From assembly GCF_009914755.1 (NCBI RefSeq), contig NC_060925.1: 64,000 nt of DNA, one strand, 5' to 3'. Both the position numbers and the translations under genes were made by a program. Source of the DNA: the human T2T-CHM13v2.0 reference genome, Homo sapiens. Of this stretch, positions 16,230 through 29,020 are shown piece by piece (the first letter of the stretch is position 1; each line of letters opens with the position of its first letter). The notes under the pieces were generated by a model, which saw only the letters and a program-made list of their open reading frames with translations, was not told the origin of the DNA and made no database searches.

Positions 16230-18990
16230 AAAACAAAGGAAGCATATAGAACAATATATACAACAAACACTGATACAATTTAAAGAAGGAATTGACATAT
16301 TTTTCATCAAAGTATGTTTTAACACATCTCTTTGAAATATTATAGGTTACACATGCCAAAAGAACATAGTAATGTAGATGATTTGAGTAAATAATCTTGA
16401 TCTAATATGTAGATCACACATAGAACTCTGCTCCCTCAAATTGGAGAATTACCTTCTTCTCAACATTCACAAAAGTTGATCATAATCTTGTTAAGCAAGC
16501 TACAACAAATGTAAAACTTTGTACATAAAGACCACATTCTCTGACAAGAGTGCAATTTGGTGAAAGTCAATAACAAAATGATGAAAAAATCCTCATACAT
16601 TTGAAAATTTTAAAACAGTCTTCTAAACAAATTGTGGGTCAAAGAACAAATTGTATTGCATATTTAATTACTCAGATCAGCATAATAATGAAAATAATAC
16701 ATATCAAAACATGGCATGCAGCTAAAACAGAACTTGGAGAGTAATTTATAATCTTAAATGTTTATTTTGGAAAAGAAGAAGCCTTAAATGTAATGAGCTT
16801 AAGAAATTAGAAACAGAAAAAGAGAATACACTCAAAGAAAGAAAGAGATAATGAAGATAAGAGTTGAAATCAATGAAATAGAAAACAAAGATACACTCAA
16901 GAGGATCAAGAAAGCCACAACTTAAATCTTTGAAAAGGTTAATAAAATTGCTTAATGTCTGTCAATATTGATAAGGAATAAAAAAGAAAATGCATAATTA
17001 AACAATATTAAACGTTAATTACATATAGCAGTGATTAGAAAGAAAAGCTATTATGAACAACTTTATGCCAATAAATATGAAAACAGAGATATAAAATGAA
17101 TAAATTCCTAGAACTTTAAAACTGAGTCTAGAAGAAATAGAAAGCCTGAATTGTTCTATCCTTATACAATAAGTTAAAGCAGTATTTAAAACTTTTCTCA
17201 TAAAGAAAGCAACATAGCCTATGATTGTATAGGTGAATTCTACCAAATTTTCAAGGGACAGATCATTCCCATTTTATAGAAGCTCTTCTACAAAATATAA
17301 GGAAAAGGAATATTCCCCAATGTATTTTATGTGGCCAGAATAATGTCAATACCAAAATCAGAGAAATACAGTAACAGAAGTAAAACTACAGGACAAAACC
17401 ACTAATGAATGTACACACAAAAATTCTTAATAAAATATTAACTAATTAAATCTTTCATTAAAAAATAGAATACGAGGGGATTGACTGCATAGAGGCATGA
17501 GGACATTTTTGGGGTGATGGTAATGATCTATGTGTTGATTGTAGTGGTGGTATATAACTGCATATATTTGTGAAAATTTATTGAAATGTACATCTAAAAT
17601 GTGAATTTAATTTTTTGTAAATTATATCTCAGTGAACCTTTTTTAAAAAAAGAGATTTTTCTAGAATTCCACACCCATTCCATGATTCTTAGTAAATTAT
17701 ATGAATAAAAGAAAATATTCTTATCTTAATAAAGACTATCTAGCAAAAATTTGCATCAAATATTATTGTTAATGAGGGATGCCAGAAGCATTAGAAAGAA
17801 GACAAGGATGTCTGCCATTATGGCTTCTATTCAACATTGTACTAAAGATTCTAGCTGCATGATAAGACAACAAAAAGCAAATAGAAGCATAAGAATAGAA
17901 AAGAAAGCAAAATTGATAATTTCAGATAATAGATTTGTTTACACTGCAAATCTCAAACAACAGAATTAGAAATAATAGAATTTAGCAAGGTGACTGACTT
18001 AAAAAGCAAAATAAAAGGTAAATTTATATATCTATGTGCCAGCAAGAAACAAAAGGATTTTTAGAAAGGAAATAATTTGTAAGAGCAATAAAAAATAAGG
18101 TACTTAAGAATAAATATAACAAAAGATGTACAAGAATTGTAGTTAGAAATTTTAAAAATTAGGAAGAAAGGAAACCTAAATGGAGAGATTGCTTAGTTTA
18201 TAAATAGAAGGATTCATTGTCATAAATATGTTAAGTATCTCCAAGTTGATTGATTCATGCAGCTTCAATCACACTTCCAACAGGTTTGGAACTCAACAGG
18301 CTGATTCTAAAATGTACACGTAACAGCAAAGAGACATGAAAGAGGGAGTACATTGGGATCTTTGCCTTATCAGTTGTTAAGACTTATAAAGCTATAGAAA
18401 CAGACAAATAGATTACTAGATAAAAATAGAGAACCCAGAAAAAAGCCTACACATATATGGAATTTTGATAAATGATATAGATGATGCCACAAATTTGTTG
18501 GGGGAAGAAAGAACTGTTCAACGAATGGTGCTGGGACAATTGATTATTTATATAGAAAAATATTAAGTTGGTTCCCTAGAATTCTCCATACATAAAATCC
18601 ATTCTAGATGTATTATAAAATAAAACATAAAAGATGAAACTTTAAAAATGCGAAGTGAAATGTGGAGAATGTCTTTCTGACCTTGGGATAAGAAAGAATG
18701 TCTTAAGACAAAACACACTATAAAAGAAAAGATTAACATTAAAAATTTCTCTTCATCCAAAGATACTACAAAGAAAGAGAAAATACAAATCACATTGTAG
18801 GAGTGGAGAATGATACAAGCACTTTGAAAAACAATTTGGTTATTCTTATTAGATGAACATTTGTTTATCCTGTGGTCTATCAGTTCCACATCTAGTTATG
18901 GATACTCTTGCTTCTGTGCACTAGGAGGCAAGGACAAGAACATTCAAGCAGCACTGTTGGTAAAAGCAAATAGCTGGCAACCTACTACCA
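16230..18990 (+). mobile_element. Highly decayed L1M ORF2 relic, with another L1M 3' fragment at about 17475-17645
   Basis: A-rich strand with L1 ORF2 landmarks (GGTGAATTCTACCAAATTTTCAAGG, CTATTCAACATTGTACT, TGGTGCTGGGACAATTG). No long ORF. Confidence 0.8.
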
Positions 18991-21900
18991 TAATAAGGAT
19001 TAGACTTATTTAGAGTTGCTCCACAGAGCCTAACATAGTTCAGTAAAAGGAATCTTCAGGAAAGCAGGTTTTCTTTTAGTGAAAAGAACTTTTTAACATT
19101 CAAAACCATCCAAAAGCTTAGTAAACTGCTTCCCACGGAAAGAGTTCCCTTAACTGGAAGTGATCAAGTAGTTCTGTGTGTTGCAGAGAGAATTCCACCA
19201 CTGGGTGGAAGGTTTTACTAAATGAATAGCAAGATTTTTACCAGCTGTTAAGGTTCAGGGATTCTACACATAATCCTTACAAAAACTCAGCCATGCTACT
19301 GAGCTGATATTAGAAATACATTATTTGTACATCAGTTGTTTCCAGAAATTCACCTTAAAAGCACAGTTCTTTCTGGGAGTGGTGGGCTTTAAGCAATTAG
19401 CACATAACACTGACCAAATATATCAAAGATTGGCAATGTAGTGGACTTAAAAATCTGGAAAGAAAGAGAACAAAATAAAAACAATATTCCTTTTATTAAC
19501 AAAATATGATCATAATAACTGTAAAAGAATTTTTATGACAGGAAAAGTCACCCTTACCCCATTGTCTTAAAACTCTAACATAACCCTTTCCTGCATTTTT
19601 TCTCTGCCCACTGGGGCTTTAAAAAAAATGTATTGGTAGTCAGAAATATTTTGATCTGAGAAGACTGGGGGAGTCAGTTTAGGGTCAGTAGCCTGGCTTA
19701 GAGTGTGGGTAGATTATTGCTGAGGGATATTTGGGGAGAGTCCTGAAGCCTAGAAGTGAAAGGTGAGGAGGCTGCAAGAGGAGAGGGACTGGCTGGGTTA
19801 AAGCCCAGAACCTTGTAAAGCACCTGCTTTTGGGTGGTGGTTCTCTACCTCCTGGGTCCTGCCTTAACCAGATCAAATGGCTGCTCTCTCCTTAGGCAGA
19901 AACCACATGCCTTCTGCCCGCTAGCTGCCTCTGGTGGCCTTGCACCCTCTCTGCTGCTCTCCCTCCTGGAGTTCTTCCTGCAGGGAAACCTAACCAAGTA
20001 AGCCTCTTTTTATTGCAATACGACCAGTCATGCTTTCAGTTCCAGATGTTGCTGGCATCAGTTGAACAAACCTCACGAAAGTCATAAAGCCAAGCACAAA
20101 CCACAGATTAATTGTTTTAGATGTTTTCTCTTTCTGAGAATTGGAGCAGGGCCCTCAATCTTCTTCATGTCTCTCTTAGTTCAATCAATGTGGGGACAAG
20201 TAAAAGTCACAGTTTTCAACCAGTTGTTAATCATAATTATGTAAGAATAGTGTAGGGCCCAGTAGAGTCTAGTGAACATTACCAAGGATCCAGACATGGT
20301 GCTGGAGGAACTGGATCATTGCCGTTCCATACAGTGAGATGGTGGTCTAATTTGCTGAGAGGCCACAGAGCATCTAGAAAGGTGACAGATAGGAATTTTG
20401 AGGCTTGTTTTTTTACCTTAAGGACATAACCTTAAACGTTAGCACGATATAGACAAATATCTCTCAGCTAATAGAAGGTCAAGTCAGGCCAGGGTTAGGT
20501 GGACCCATAGCCCATGTCAGGAGCATTAGGAAGAGAAAAGAATGATTCCACCGTGAAGCAACACCAGGAATGTACCTTCCCAGGCAGAGTCCGAGTTCTC
20601 ATGGAGGGCAGCTATCACCTGTGCTGCTAGGCTTCTGGTAGGGCCTGAAGTCTTGGGCACCATAGGTACATCTGCATGTGCCACAAGTCAAAAAAGACAG
20701 AGACATACTTTCTTCCAACCCCCATAACTCTCTCTTAAGCCTCTAGCCCAGTGTATATGTAGCTCCTCTGCCTACAACTCCTTCCCTGTCCTAGATCTTT
20801 TTTCCTGGCTCCTACTTGTCTTTTAAAATTCATCTTGATGTTACTTCTCCAGGAAGCTTTCCTAAACCATCACTTCCAAATCCAAGTTCCCACAGCAACC
20901 TGGGCTCTATGACTATGTTATGTGTTATTTTTGTCTCTCTCCTACCTAGCCTGAAGCCTCCTCTAAAGTCAAGACACTTTCTTGTTCACTCTGTCCACAT
21001 AGGAGCTGCTCAACATGCTCTTTGAATAATTGAATAAATGAATGGCATCCTAGGATTATCTGAGGAGCATCAGCAATAGTAGCAGACATGTTCTAAAGAT
21101 AGTATGTCATCAAAGAGGAGCAGTAAGCTTTCTCCCTGGGACTCCAAGACCAACAGTTTTCATCCAGGTCAAGGACGAGAAAGAGACTGGAGCCCCACGA
21201 TGGCTTAGAGACCATCATGATATTAGAATGAATCGCAGAGTACTGTAGTAGTTCAGAGGCAACTTCCAGAGCAATGATGATGAAGAACATGTTTTAAGTT
21301 ACGATCTGGCCTCCACAGAGCACTGGGAGGGGACCCTTGAGACATCTGAGTACTACCGCGCCTCAGAGATGTTTCCAGAGCAAGACCAATAGGAGCCCCA
21401 GTTAATCTGTGTTCTGTTGCCAGGTACGGGGCAACGTCCAACCAACCATGGGGATAGTCAGGGTGGTGGTGGTAGTGGGGGGGCACGGGTTTGAAGTAAA
21501 GAAGAAATGGGCAGAATCTGGCACTATTTTGAGTCTGTCAAATCGCCATACATGAGGTAAAACACATAATTCTTGGAAATGTAGGTAATATATGATGTCT
21601 CAATATATGACAGACTAGTAATAGTGGATATTGCATCCTTATTATTATGATTAATAATATTATTATTAATTAATGATCCTCAAATTAATTAATTAATCCT
21701 CAAATTAAAATTATCCTAACATTACATGGCCAATTATTTGTGGGTGGAGGGGTTGACTACTCATGACTCAAGTAGTTTTATTGTTAGATGAAAAGGATGC
21801 AGAGCGAGTGGAAGCCATGAACTCTATCCTGGGTTTGATCAGCAAAGGGCTGCAGGAAACTTGCATTTTACCAATATGTTCCCCTTTAGAGAAAAGCTAC

Positions 21901-22267
21901 AGAGATTTGTATTAATGGATTCCTGGTCAGCTTCCATTACACTTTTGTTTCTGTTCCTGTACCACCAAGAAGCCCTCGCTGAGCTGAGTGGTGAGAAAAT
22001 TAAAGGGCTTTTGTATAGGGAATTATTGCCCTGCTTCAACCAGCAGATAAGTGCTCCACCCCTTGCTCTCTCTCCTGAAGCAGGAATACACTCTTCACTA
22101 TGGGGGTGACTGATCTGCTTTGTGGGTGCAAGATAGCAGTCATGTCTCCTTTTGTTACTGTTCTCTCCTTTGTATGGCCCCCACAATTGTCTTTCAAAGG
22201 TTCAAGAAACTTCTGAAGAAAACACCCAAGAACCACTTCTGCATACCAGAACCATGGCAGCCTGGTC

Positions 22268-22462
22268 TGGGTGACAGCCAAAAAACTTTTTCTGTAAATA
22301 GCTGGAGAGTGAATATTTTATGCTTTTTGCAGGCCATGAGGTTTCTATCACAGCTACTCAACTCGGGCTTGTAGCAGAAAAGCAGCCATAGACACTATGT
22401 AAATGAATGGATGTGACTGTGTTTCAATAAAAGTTTACTGGGCCATAGTTTGCTGACCCTTG
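22268..22462. mobile_element. MER58A-like hAT MITE
   Basis: AAACTTTTTCTGTAAA...GCAGCCATAGACACTATGTAAATGAATGG...GGCCATAGTTTGCTGACCC. Confidence 0.8.
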
Positions 22463-23525
22463 AGTTAGATCAACAAAAGGCTCTCTTTACTGGAAGGTAC
22501 TTCCATATTACAGCAGGTTACCAGAGTGTTCTGGGCTCCTCTGGTGAACTGTGTTGAGGATGGTTGGCCTGGAAGGCAGTAGGTCAGCAGCAGGTCAACA
22601 GCCATCCCCTGACTGCTGCTGTCAAGGCCACTCTGCTGCAGGGAGCAGAGAGGAGGGACTGATCAGGGTAGTGAGGGGAAGGGGGAAAGGAAAGTTAAAA
22701 TGCATGGTAAGAAAAGGGACTCTGAGTTCCCTGGATCTGAGGGATTGGGACAGAGGAGGGAATTGGGGAGAAATACGGGAGGTAGGAGTAGGACAGGGTA
22801 GTGGGTGGGGACCTCCGCTTTAGCCAGCTCCCTTTCCCTGGGTCAGAAACTGTAAAAAACAAAACAAACAAAAAAAATTTATCTGTAACAAAGATGCCTA
22901 CTCCCAGCAGCTCCTGGACAAAGCCTCTAGCAGCTGCAACTGGACCAACCCTCAAATGGTCCATGACCTTACAGATTAAAGACCTGGTCCATTATTTATG
23001 TTGCCTCATTTCTTGTATCACCCCAAAACTCACTAAAGCAGATTTACTTTCAACTGCACTCAATCAAATAGATGGTATGCTTAGAGGTATCACAGGGAAG
23101 ATCCTCTTCACAGCCCTGCCCTCACTCTCCACTGTTGCAGAGTTAATCTTTAGAAATATTGAGTCCCCAGGCTTGCCATGTTCTCCTGGTAGGGTGGGAG
23201 GAAATACTCAGTGATTGCTTCTCTCCTATGATTCTGCTTCTCTTCCTATGCTGAGAATTCTGTTCTGTTTGCTGCTGATAGCTCCCAAATAATGAATGGT
23301 CAGGTCGTGGGATGACTTCAGAAATGGCAACCACTGAATGGCAAAGAAAGTCCTTCCAAGTGTGTTTGTATCATCCAGAGCCTAAATCATGCCTATATAA
23401 GGACTTCAGGTAGAGGATTACATAGGGCATGTAGCTCCACAGTTAGGAATTCTGAGCAAATACTGCACTAGAAGGAAGCATATAGTGGCTGAATTGTTTT
23501 CAGAAAGCTTTCTCTTCCCTTTTCT

Positions 23526-23873
23526 GGTTCTGGTCTATATATTGGTGTCCCCCCAAAATTCATGTTGAAAACCTAATCACCAATGTGATAATACTAGGAG
23601 GTGGGGCCTTTGGAATGTGATTAGATCATGAGGGCACATTCCTGCTAAATGGAGTTAGTGTCTTTAGAGACTTCAGAGAACTGCCTTGCCCCTTCCACCA
23701 TGTGAGGATACAATGATAAGGAACCAAAAAATGAGCCCTTATCAGACACTGAATCTGCCAGCACCTTGATCTTGTACTTTCCAGTCCTCAGAACAGTGAG
23801 AAATAACTTTACGTTGTTTATAAGCTACTCAGTCTAAGGTGTTTTGTTATTGTAACCCAAATGGACTAAGACA
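23526..23873 (+). mobile_element. MLT1A-type MaLR solo LTR
   Basis: GTGTCCCCCCAAAATTCATGTTGAAA...GGACTAAGACA. Confidence 0.85.
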
Positions 23874-23909
23874 CTGGTTAAGGTGGTTTTTACACAGACA
23901 CAGTCGAGA

Positions 23910-24130
23910 ATGGCAGTGTGTTTAAGTAGGTGTGCTCTAGAGTCTGATGACTTGGGCCCTAAATTCCTGCCCTGACACATTCTAGCTGTCAATGACTTTG
24001 GGCAAATTACTGAACTCCTCTGATCTGTATCTGCCTCCTCTTTAAAGTGAGCAGACTGATACTATCTAATTTAGAGGACTAATATGAGAATTAAATGGAA
24101 ATCATCTGTGTGAATGGCTTAGGATAGTAA
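23910..24130 (+). mobile_element. MIR
   Basis: CTAGCTGTCAATGACTTTGGGCAAATTACTGAACTCCTCTG core. Confidence 0.7.
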
Positions 24131-24524
24131 GTTTCTTTTTCTTCTCCTTCCTATTATTATTACATGGACATGAATGAAAGGATGCAGAAAAAGTCCCATA
24201 CAAACCCCAGACTTCCTCCTCTGAGCCTATTCTAGCTGCACAAATTCTACCCCCGGAGAATTCTTTGGAATAAATGTAAATCTGTTTGGAGATAGAACAA
24301 GGTACATTATCAGCTATTTATATTTCAGGGAGCATACATATGCTTCTCTATACGCATTACTCTTCACTTTCATATGTGTTAACATATTCAGGACTTGGAC
24401 AGGCCTGAAAAAGTAAAGCTCAGGAGGGATCTTCTCTTCATTTTACAAAGGGAAAAATATGAGTCACAGAATCTAAATCATTCTGTGGGAGCCTAGACAG
24501 AAACCAAGTGCTATTGCACTAGGG

Positions 24525-24586
24525 CAGTGTTTTTCAAAGTGTGGGCCAAGGTTGCCCTCTGCTCCAGAAGACTTTGTCACGGTTTG
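24525..24586. mobile_element. MER5A-like element, left part (continues at 31252-31395), interrupted by the ERV
   Basis: CAGTGTTTTTCAAAGTGTGG joins across the provirus to GCTTGCTAAAAATACACATTCCTGGG...AGACCTGCTGAATTAGACTC. Confidence 0.7.
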
Positions 24587-24905
24587 TGTCAGGATCAAGC
24601 CCCAGCTGAGGTCTGAGGGGAGTGGGTGGACTGGGGGCAGGAAGCTGGAAGAACTCTCTCGAGACAGCAGGTAGATGAGACATGGCTTTATTCAGCAGCT
24701 CTTTCACAGTGTCAGTGTTACATTTATACACCTCACAAACAGTAGTGGCCGAGAGCCAGGTCATGAGCATCTCTAAGTTATATCTACATAGCTGTGATTA
24801 TATAAGGCATGGGAATGTGCACCTTTGCTCCAATCCCGCTGAGCCACGCAGGATGTTTACCTCGGCCTATGACTGCTTGGCTGCAGTGCAGCCATGTTCC
24901 CTATG
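24587..24905 (-). repeat. 3' LTR (LTR18-like)
   Basis: Colinear with 30933-31251, with about 38 substitutions by manual alignment. The minus strand carries TATATAA and AATAAA. Confidence 0.93.
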
Positions 24906-24916
24906 CTCCACTCCCT
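24906..24916 (-). promoter_or_regulatory. Polypurine tract
   Basis: Minus strand AGGGAGTGGAG immediately before the 3' LTR. Confidence 0.75.
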
Positions 24917-26130
24917 AGGCCGAGAGGATCCTCTTAGTGGGGACCTGAGCACATAGGGAAGCACCCTGGACTTATAGGCCACAACACAGAGAGCAACAAC
25001 CTACTACTAACATTCCTGCTATGCTATCTATGATTATGAGAGCCCAACTTAGACCAGAGCTCAGAGATGCATACTATCTCTGCAGGGGGTGGTCAGTAAG
25101 GCTCTCAATCACCTTAATCTCCCGTGACACCACTTGTAAAGCTGTCGTTATGTTCTGGTAGTTGTCAGGGATGAATGTACAACATTGTGTCCCTACAAGG
25201 GCACAGATGCTACCTTAGGCAGCTGTAACTATGTCTAAGGCAATCCGGTTTGGCAGCACCACTTTCCTGATCTGATTAACTTCATCGGTTAGCAAAAGGA
25301 GGGCAATTCAGGTGTAATTTAGGGCCCAAGCTGCGTGCTCTGCAAAGGCTGTAACCTACATTTCTACAGTGATGACACTTACCCCAGGGATAGTTATTGC
25401 TAAGCGATAGAACCACCAGGGGGCCCGCCACACTCACAAAAAGCAGAAACGCAGCACCTCCCACTTATGCGGGCAACTAGGCAATGTGGGAGCACAGTGG
25501 CAGGCATATAAGATCACCCCCAGGTACAACGTCCAGTCCAGTTGGCTGGCATGATATGGCCATCCTGTGTTCTCACAGACCCATAAACTCCCAGGGGCTA
25601 CAAAGTCCATGGGGGCCTGGTCTTGGCAAGGTGTGTGGCATGTGTTACATTTGCACAGGCCTCAGCCAGCAGCCATCCCAGAATGACTTTACCCCAGTGT
25701 TGCTCTATACATCGTGATACCTGCAATGGGGGCACCATGTGTTCTCCCATTAGCCAGCCCTCATGGACGTTATGAGTCAGCCAGGGGGCAAGCTTGCCAT
25801 GGGTTTTGTGACACCCCCTATCCAAAGCCTCCATGTTGCATCCCACCCATTGTCCGTGGGACCCCAAGTCTTTAGCAATGTCCGGTTCTGCACAGAAGCT
25901 GGATGCACAAGCCAGGGCAAGCTGTCTGCAGCTGCTGCTGGAAGGGCGGTGCAGATCCAACAGTTGGAGACATTGGTCAACTCAGTGTAGGTGTGGGCCC
26001 AGTCCATGATGCTGTTGGAGCATGCCAACCTACAGCTGAAATGACAAAGCAGGAACCGGTACCTATAGCGGTAAATCACATCACTCAGGCAAAATACAGG
26101 CCAACTTTTTATCTCTGGATAACAATGCAA
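24915..26130 (-). pseudogene. env: Degenerate env (gamma-type SU/TM)
   Basis: SU motifs NVSNCWIC and PANWTGRCTWG. Decayed furin site *VWR. TM reads VVLPNRIALDIVTAA*GSICALVGTQCC, followed by hydrophobic WALIIIDSIAGMLVVG and a TAG at the PPT. Confidence 0.9.
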
Positions 26131-27230
26131 CCATCAAGGACTTCTGCCCTGGCTGATGATACCACACCTTCTTAGCTCCCCATGGTTCTTTTGGGTCTCG
26201 TAGCTGTGTTAAAGTCACAGGGGAGATCATAATAGGCCACACAGACATAATAGGCCACACATAATAGGCCATACATATGTTCCCCAGAGGAGGGTCCCTT
26301 CCCTACTTTTCCCCTACCAATGGTCAATCATGAAGGCCACACATTAAATACCCAAGGAGTCACATGTAAGTCATACTGCATGCCCTCCCCTAAGGGGGCT
26401 ACAATAGCCAATCATCTGTAATGGAGGGCTTGGAGGGTCCATGGCCAACACCAGGTTTTCTGTTCCCCTCCCTTCAGGGGCACCAGAGCAGGCAACAACA
26501 GATTACCATTTGTCCCCATACCTGGTCGGAGGAGGTCATTCTTGGTGTGTATCTGTAGCAGGATGGGGGCAGCAGGCTGGTGTAACAGTGCCTCCACCGG
26601 GGCTGGGCTGCCTTTCTGTGGCCACTTATTCAAGATTTGAAGCACCAGGTCCAACCTGGAACTCCAGCCCCCAAGGATGGGGAAGTAACATGCAAACATA
26701 ACCTGTTCTTCAGGAGTCTGTTATATTGCTCAATCATGCCAGCGGCTTGTGGGTTATAAGGAACATGGAACTCCCATTGTATGTCCATCTGCTGTGCTCA
26801 CTGTCGTATTTGATGTCCAGTAAAATGTGTTCCCCTATCACTTTCGATGGCCAGAGGAAGGCCATATAAGGCACTTAAGTGTTGCAGGGCTCGAATGCTG
26901 TGTTGCTGGTTGGCCAACCTGCAAGGGTAGATGAGCAACAAGCCGGTGGCTATGTCTGCAGCCATCAGCGCATATGTGTAGCCCTGCAATTTTGGCAGTG
27001 GCTCAGCGTAATCTATTTGCCATCTGGTCAAGGGCATCTGCCCTACTGTCACTTGTTGTGTCACATTGGGCAGTTGTCTTTGTCTCAGGTATGCTTGAGC
27101 ACATGCTGGGCACTTCTGGCAGGCCTCCAAAATGTCCTGTGAGGGCAAAGACAGATGCCAGCACCTATTGACCTGTTGCATCAGTTAACCCCCGCTTGTC
27201 CCAGTTTCCTGTGTAGCCACAAGGCTACAT
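26030..27230 (-). pseudogene. pol: pol: integrase, disrupted
   Basis: WLHRKLG...CQKCPAC (HHCC-like), WQIDY, IESDRGTHFTG and AAGMIEQYNRLLK (DDE). Confidence 0.9.
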
Positions 27231-27868
27231 GTCATATAGGTGCCAACTCTAACCACCTGACCTTGGCCAAGGCATCTGCCTCATCATTACCAGAGTGACC
27301 AAAGACATATGGGCTGACATGTGATAGATAGTTACATCTTTCTGATGACCTGTTTCCCAGAGGTCTTGCCACATAGTTTGTCCCCAAATGGGCTGATGGC
27401 CTACAAGCCAATTCTGTAACTTGCAGGTAGTCAACCATAAAGTTAAACCTCAATAGACTCCCCAGCTATTGGTGCAAAGTATCATAGGTGACTCCTCTCT
27501 GGGAATCACCATCCTCAACCACTCTGAGCTCAGCCCACTGGGTGCTTTGTCCACACCCAGTATCAAACTATATGGTGTCAGTGTAGGCTGGATTGCCACA
27601 GCAGTCCAGGCAGCAGCAGCACCCTGGCTGGACCCATCTGTATACCATGCCCCATCAGGAACGAGAGGATACCCTTTCTTTAACAGTGATGGCTCAGGGT
27701 CTAGGGGTGCCTCAGGCCCCATGGCCTTATCTTCCATTAGGACTATAGGCCCCAAGGCTTCTTGTAACTCTGCTGCTAAGGGAGTTGTAGTCAGCATACT
27801 CTGCTGTTCCAAGTAGGCACCCCGCTTCGCTAAAGTGGTTGTCTGTGCTGTCCCAGTCTGGAGGGTCA
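27231..27868 (-). pseudogene. pol: pol: RNase H, disrupted
   Basis: AWYTDGSSQG and GHSGNDEADALAKVRWL motifs. Confidence 0.88.
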
Positions 27869-29020
27869 CTACTCAGGAATGTACCCACCGACTATTGGGT
27901 AAGTCATCTGCACGATGACTGTAGCCCAATCCGTCACAGTCTCATAAGCCTGAAGAGCAGCATATGCAGCAGCTAATTCCTTCTGTATTAATGAGTACTG
28001 GAGCTCAGCTCCCTTCCACAGCTGGGACCAAAAACCTACTGGCGTTCTAAAGCACTCCATGCGCTGCCATAGGACCCAGCCAAAACCGTCTGTGGTTACA
28101 TGTACATCAAGTTCAAATGGGCACCCCTGATCAATTACTTGTAAGGCCTGTGTTTGCTGAATGGCCCACTTGGCGGCCAGAAGGTCTGTTCCAGCTTCAT
28201 TATCCCAATCCCAGGTAGCCCCTTTTTTTGATAACCCATACAATGGTTTTATCATTTGAGCCAAATGGGGCACAAATGGCCGCCAATACTCCAAGAGGCC
28301 TACAAAAGTCTGCAGCTGCTTCATCGTGGTGGGTCGGGGGTATGCCTGGATTTTCTCAATGATGGCCTCTGGTATGGCCTTTGTCTTACTCAACCAAATA
28401 ACTCCTAAGAATTTCGCAGATAATCCAGGCCATTGGACCTTGGATTTGTTGATGGCCCAACCACATGCTGCCAAATGTTGCCACAAGAGGGGCACTGCCA
28501 CTTTTAAATCTGCAAGAGAATCAGAGGTTAACATAATATCATCAATGTAATGAAACAGGAGGACCCCTTTTGGACATTTCCAGGCAGCTAATTCCATGGC
28601 AACAAGACCACGACAAATGGTGGGGCTATGCACATAGTCCTGTGGCAGCATGGTAAAAGTCCATTGTCATCCTTCTCATGTGAAGGCAAACTATTCCTGG
28701 CTCTCTGGAGCAATGTCAATGAAGAAGAATGCATTAGCTAAGTCCACCACAAAGTGGTACTGTCCTAGTTCCATTGTCAAGTGGTCTGTCAAATCCATGA
28801 TGGAGGGTACAGCTGCATGCAGAGGAGGTGTCACCTTATTCAGTTCCCAATCATCCACTGTCATCTGCCAAGTTCCATCAGGCTTTCTGACTAGCCATAC
28901 CAGGGAATTGTAGGGGTGATCAATGCTACGCACTATTTACACCTCATCTAACTTCTTAGTAGTCTTAGTTATCTCTGTATGCCCCCCTGGCAAATGGTAT
29001 TGATGAGTGGAGGTAACCCA
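27869..29020 (-). pseudogene. pol: pol: reverse transcriptase and tether
   Basis: PYNSLVWLVRKPDGTWQMTVD, VVDLANAFF, LPQDYVHSP and FHYIDDIML. ORF 27869-28651 is open for 260 aa. Confidence 0.93.

Noticed and set aside
19921-19943. CTCF-like motif (minus strand GGCCACCAGAGGCAGC)
   Set aside because: It is one G short in the core, so the match is too weak to call.
21274-21350. C/D-box snoRNA candidate (ATGATGA...CTGA about 75 nt apart)
   Set aside because: No terminal stem and no recognisable rRNA/snRNA guide.
21635-21720. AT-rich TAAT cluster with duplicated ATCCTCAAATTAA
   Set aside because: Low-complexity slippage with no further support.
22801-23214. 137-aa ORF in unique sequence
   Set aside because: Non-ATG start, crosses an A-rich run, and has no recognisable domain.
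24682-24918. Near-identical ORFs MALFSSSF... here and at 31028-31291
   Set aside because: They are antisense translations of the two LTR copies, not a duplicated gene.
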